64,000 bases of DNA from NCBI GenBank assembly GCA_964016885.1, contig OZ024743.1, forward strand, positions 320,478,001-320,542,000, read 5' to 3'. The notes beneath the pieces are model-generated. The model was not told the origin of the DNA and ran no database searches. It worked only from the letters and a program-made list of their open reading frames with translations. The position numbers and the translations under genes were made by a program. Each line of letters opens with the position of its first letter. Position 1 is the first letter of the stretch. This document shows positions 59,363 through 64,000 of the stretch, one piece after another. This DNA is from Eledone cirrhosa (taxonomy: Eukaryota).

Positions 59363-59427
<65 letters not shown>

Positions 59428-59444
59428 TTATATAAATCCTTTTA

Positions 59445-59700
59445 CTTTATTCATCCACTTGCTCTGGATTCTGGCCTACTGTCGAGCGACTCTTTCCTTG
59501 AACATTTTAACCACATGTCCGAAGTACCAGAGCAGCTCTACATAGAGCGAATTCCCGATCCTAAAATTAAGCATTCTACTGAGTAAGTTTATACCAAAAA
59601 CCCCTCGTAGGAACCCCATTTCAGCCTCTTACATTCATGATCATATTTTTTCGGGCATTACCCAAAACTCATGACAAGGTATAAGGGTTGGCTCGAACAA
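59445..59700 (-). mobile_element. RTE-clade fragment, same family as 13125-13770
   Basis: Manual translation PTL..HEFWVMPEKI...EAEMGFLRG. Confidence 0.6.
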
Positions 59701-60127
59701 CTATTTCTCTCCTGATGATCATCGGATACTGAAGTGACGTATTATTACACCATCATTTATATCATACATACATATATGATGATGATGATGGCTGCAACTT
59801 GATTTCGAGTAATGCCATCGCTTGATACTTAAGCATGACCATCAGGGACGTGGATTTTTAGTCCTGCTAGGGACTTGTCTATGGCCAGCAATAAGATGCA
59901 TTGTAAAACATGTCGTATATTAAGTGATGCCTGTGCTCGAAGCTTTTTTAAATGAAGAAAGGCTTTGGACGGGGTCAATCGCACTATCTGAACATCGAAT
60001 GCATTTGCCCAGAAAGAAGGATTAGTCTATATCATTTTATGTAAACAAACTCGCAGGTTTTATATCAGAGTGGCCTTCTCCTAGAGAGATGTCTTAATGA
60101 AGACTAGGAGTCTCTCGCTCCACAAAA

Positions 60128-60420
60128 AACATACATACATACACGCACACACATATACATATATACATGCATACACACATACATACAGCACATACATGCA
60201 TACACACACACGCATACATACATACACATACATATATAAACACATACGTACATAGATACACACAAATACATACACATACATACATATATACAGACACACA
60301 AACATTCATACATACACCCATACATACACGCATAGATACACACATACGTACACACATACACGCATACATACACACGCACATACATAATACATACATACAA
60401 ACACATACATACATGCACAC
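60128..60420. repeat. Compound (CATA)/(CA) microsatellite
   Basis: Direct read. Confidence 0.9.
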
Positions 60421-60836
60421 ATGATTAAATACAGACAGACATCGATATATATATCTTGGCATCATATTTTAACTGAAATAAATTGGGATTGTTTCATTCT
60501 TGTGGAAATGAATATAAAACCTTAAAATCATTATATGAAGCACAGGTGCTTATATATCGAAAGTGATATTTCGTATGAACTATCGTCTTTTGAACTGGGT
60601 GTGTATAGTTGCAACCCAGTCTTATTGATTCATTAATCTATAAAATGACAAAATGTGTGTTGATCGTATAGATTTAAGATATGGTTGAATTGATTCTAAT
60701 AAACCACAAAGGCAAATATGTCGTTGCGATTTCGTATCATTCGTGAATGAAAATATAGTTTCTACTCTTCAAACATATATATACATTGCTCCAAACATTA
60801 CGAATCATCAAGTTCCTCACACACACTCACTTATCA

Positions 60837-60867
<31 letters not shown>

Positions 60868-60873
<6 letters not shown>

Positions 60874-61135
60874 AAACAATGAAATTTACACAAAATACGA
60901 GTAATTCATAGTAAAACTCATTATTTTACGATCGTTTCTGGGGGGTAGTTCTCCGTATGTTCATTCTATTAGTGATCTATGTAAAATATATAACAAATTT
61001 GATAATTTGTAATATATTTTACATAGATCACTAAAAGGAATGAACAGACGGAGAACTACCCCCCAGAAGCGATCGTAAGATAATGAGTTTTACTATGAAT
61101 TACCCGTATTTTGTTTAATTTCATTGTTTTCACTA
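60868..61135. repeat. Long near-perfect palindrome (arms ~132 bp, 4-nt loop) next to (TA)n
   Basis: 60868-60999 versus 61004-61135. Confidence 0.9.
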
Positions 61136-61280
61136 ATTGTATTATTTTGACTCTGTTTCCAATGAATTATATCGTTGAAATTCTGTATTTTAAACTTTGC
61201 TTCACGACATCTTCTACATACGGATTACATTGAGCTCTTCATACAGCTTGGGCCCTACCATTAATTGGTGGATTTATCTG

Positions 61281-61322
<42 letters not shown>

Positions 61323-61527
61323 TATACCATGTATGTATGTATTGATGATATAAATATATATATATATATATATATAGCAATTAAAATACTAGAGTGTGTT
61401 GGAGTTAAACACCCTCTTCATATTATAGAAATGACAGTATAAGATATAGCTCAATGTAATTAAACAGAGCCGAAGAATTATAAAAAATAAACCAAAGAAG
61501 CGTTCAATACATCAAAAGTCTTTATTA

Positions 61528-61565
61528 GCCAACAATGTTTCGTCCTATTAAGGACTCATCAGGGC
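61528..61565 (-). ncRNA. Minimal type I hammerhead ribozyme, canonical core
   Basis: GCC-CUGAUGA-GUCCU UAAU AGGAC-GAAA-CAUUG-UU-GGC, followed by UAAUAAA. Confidence 0.88.
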
Positions 61566-63187
61566 AAGTAAAGCTACAAGAAGCACTATCGGCCAATACA
61601 AGCCCAAAACTCAGAAGAATATGGAGTATACATCTATTAAAGCTTTGGAAAAATATCAAGGAAAAGTTGGGTAAGATTAAGAGTGAGCAGTTACAAACAT
61701 AGATATAGACCAAATAGCAAGGAAGTGATTAACATGTTCAACGCACATTGCAAATATTGTATAATGCAAAAACTTGAAACACAAATGGTAATTTAATGCG
61801 AGAATTACAGTACGATATAGAATATAATATAATATAATATATGGTGATAATAAAAAGCTTAATATATGTATATATGTATATCTATACATATACACATAAG
61901 TAAAAACACAAACTAACACTTATTAAGTATTTAAATATATATATATATATATATTGTTTACAGTATAATATAATAAAGATAAAAATAAGAATAAAAATAA
62001 AATATAATATATAATTCCCTGTCAGTGTGCATGAACAATATAAAAACATTATAATAACATTATAATAACAATATTATAATATATAGGCATCAAAAGATAT
62101 ACAAAATTACATCATACATATAATTCAAGTTTAACAAGTAGTATAAAGTTTTACACAGGGTAAGAAAAAAATCATATAGAACTAAATTGTGTTGAAAAAA
62201 TTGTGTTGAAAAATATCTATACCATTGTAACAAATACACGGAGGTCAAGTCATTTTACATTGGCATAAATATTACCAAAATATCACAAAATATTACAAAA
62301 TATAACAGAACAGTACCTCAAATAACAGACATATATTAAAATCTATAATACGATTACATAAAAATGATATGATATAACAACGTTAATATCAAATAGCAAA
62401 CAGAGTCTAAGGAAATGCTTAATATATATATTTACGTGGTTGACATACACAGACATATATTAATGAAATTACATGGATCAGATAGACAGCGTGTGGTAGT
62501 AAAAAAATAAATAAAATAAACCGAAGCTCGAAAAACAAAAACAAGTATATTTACTTAGGTATCACAAGCGGTTAAGTAAAAGAAAAAAAGATAGAAATGT
62601 AAACTGGAGAATTGACTAGAAAAACTTTTTAAATTAATTAATATTAAAAGTATTTAAAATACATATTTAGTCACTTCAAAATTGGCTAGTGTTTAAGTCA
62701 TCAAAATCGTACAGGTTTAAGATATCTCAATAGAATTATCAAGAATAGAGTAAAATATGCTCCGTTCAGTCGAATAACGTTATCAAATAAAAGGACTCTA
62801 AATAGAACTATGGTAGACCAATGGGAACAGAAAGAAGAGAGGTTATGGAGGATAGGAAGGAGCATAAAAGTAAAATCAATATATTATATAATATCATAAA
62901 AAGGTGCATAAAGGTGAAATTAATATATAGTATAATAGAAGGGGCGGATATGAAGTGTGTAGAGGAGGAGGTTCATTAGTTGAATGAGACTCCAAACAAA
63001 GTATTTAATAAGATATAAACTCATAAGGTGTTAGTAGTGAAACTATAATAATGCTTAAGAAGAGAGATAGGGTATGGTAGCCAAAAGACTATGGAAACTA
63101 AAATCGAAAAGCTGTAAAAAACTAATAATAATGATGATAATGGTAATCAAAATGAACCTAAACAAAAAAGATAAGGAAATATAGCAG

Positions 63188-64000
63188 CTAATGGATACGA
63201 TTTAAACTACCAGTACTTTTAGGTCTATAATAGAAGAAAGAATTAGAAATGGCATGGGGGCAGGAAGAAAATATCTCAGACTTTCTATTAAGCAAAACTT
63301 CCCACCAGAAAATTATAGAGTGGGTCTTTAGGATACAGAGATTACAGAATTTAGTGTGTGTTGATAGGTTATTAGAGCGTGCTACTATACGCCAATTAAG
63401 GCTATATGGCATACCAGCCCCTTTAAGATCTCAGATATGGTGTGCTAAAGAAGTAGAGTTCTTAAACTTAACATGCTTAAAATTAGAGATATGAGAATTA
63501 AACCTAGTTTTAAAAGTATTAGATGTGGAGCCTATATATGTGCTATTAGAAGAATTAGTCTTAACTTCACCAGCATAAACAATGTTCCTAGAGAGGCAGT
63601 GACCATTTAAAGGGTAGTTAATACTTACTCTACAGTTACACTTCCGGGTGCTATTGACCGGCTGAATGAGTGATGCATCACTCCTAGGGTTATTATAAGA
63701 ATAGATCTGCTCAGGTGGTAAGGCATTAATGGATCTATCAAGACTAGTAGTACGCAAAGAGGAGTAGCTGTCCCTAAGTTTCCTATTGTTAGTGCTAGCT
63801 AAATGAGAACTAATATTAGGGGTGGTAGAGAATGATAGTTTAATTACATTTTTATTAAAAATACCATGGTATTTATTAGAAGGAGGGAAATGTTTCTCTA
63901 AGATAGAAAAGAAAGACCTAGGCATGTTAGTTAATACTTTATGATCATAAGGCGGGTTAAAATAAGTATTGAGTCTCCTCATATGTCTATCCTTACCAAC
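63188..64000 (-). mobile_element. Penelope-like element (tentatively Nematis-like) linker and GIY-YIG, disrupted; continues off the window; 3' UTR may extend to the HHR at 61528
   Basis: YFNPPY..LEKHFP..IFNKNVIKLSFSTTPN..CNCR..IVY..YIGSTSNTFKTRFNSH..CNLC..LLNRKSEIFSSCPH. Confidence 0.85.

Larger units (their letters stand above)
53835..59370 (+). mobile_element. Neptune-type Penelope-like element (PLE-B), near complete, inserted in (TA)n
   Basis: Pseudo-LTRs 53835-54420 and 58669-59370; ORF1-like frame 54428-55792; RT + GIY-YIG ORF. Confidence 0.95.

Noticed and set aside
59700-59900. CTGATGA at ~59713 and a possible (CAT)n-tailed LINE/SINE end
   Set aside because: No GAAA or stems for an HHR, and too little sequence evidence to name the element.
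63425-63440. In-frame TGA in the PLE GIY-YIG as selenocysteine
   Set aside because: It falls at a position expected to be Trp (HIW), so a TGG>TGA nonsense change is simpler.
1-64000. Host protein-coding exons, tRNA or rRNA genes
   Set aside because: None recognised. Small exons in the unassigned stretches (e.g. 17680-18060, 60430-60830) cannot be excluded without transcript data.

Overview
Gene-free, microsatellite-rich animal DNA made almost entirely of retroelements. The repeat mix is cephalopod/mollusc-like, but that is inference only. Contents: (i) six Tx1-type (L1-clade) LINE copies, all disrupted. (ii) Four Dong/R4-type RLE LINEs, one with an intact 1130-aa ORF. These four Dong and four of the Tx1 copies form a ~32 kb head-to-tail array built in (TTA)n/(TAA)n tracts, with the two families in opposite orientation. 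(iii) Two Neptune-type Penelope-like elements (PLEs) with pseudo-LTRs, two fragments of a second PLE type, and RTE and CRE fragments. (iv) At least five hammerhead ribozyme (HHR) motifs read by eye, three with a U3:A8 core; some lie in small 1.1-1.3-mer retrozyme-like units or long palindromes. The main novelty candidates are an apparently bicistronic Neptune lineage with a conserved -1 slippery site, a conserved ~120-bp pLTR module where HHRs would be expected, the HHR mini-elements, and a conserved splice donor just before Tx1 ORF2. All alignments and folds were done by eye, so boundaries are approximate.
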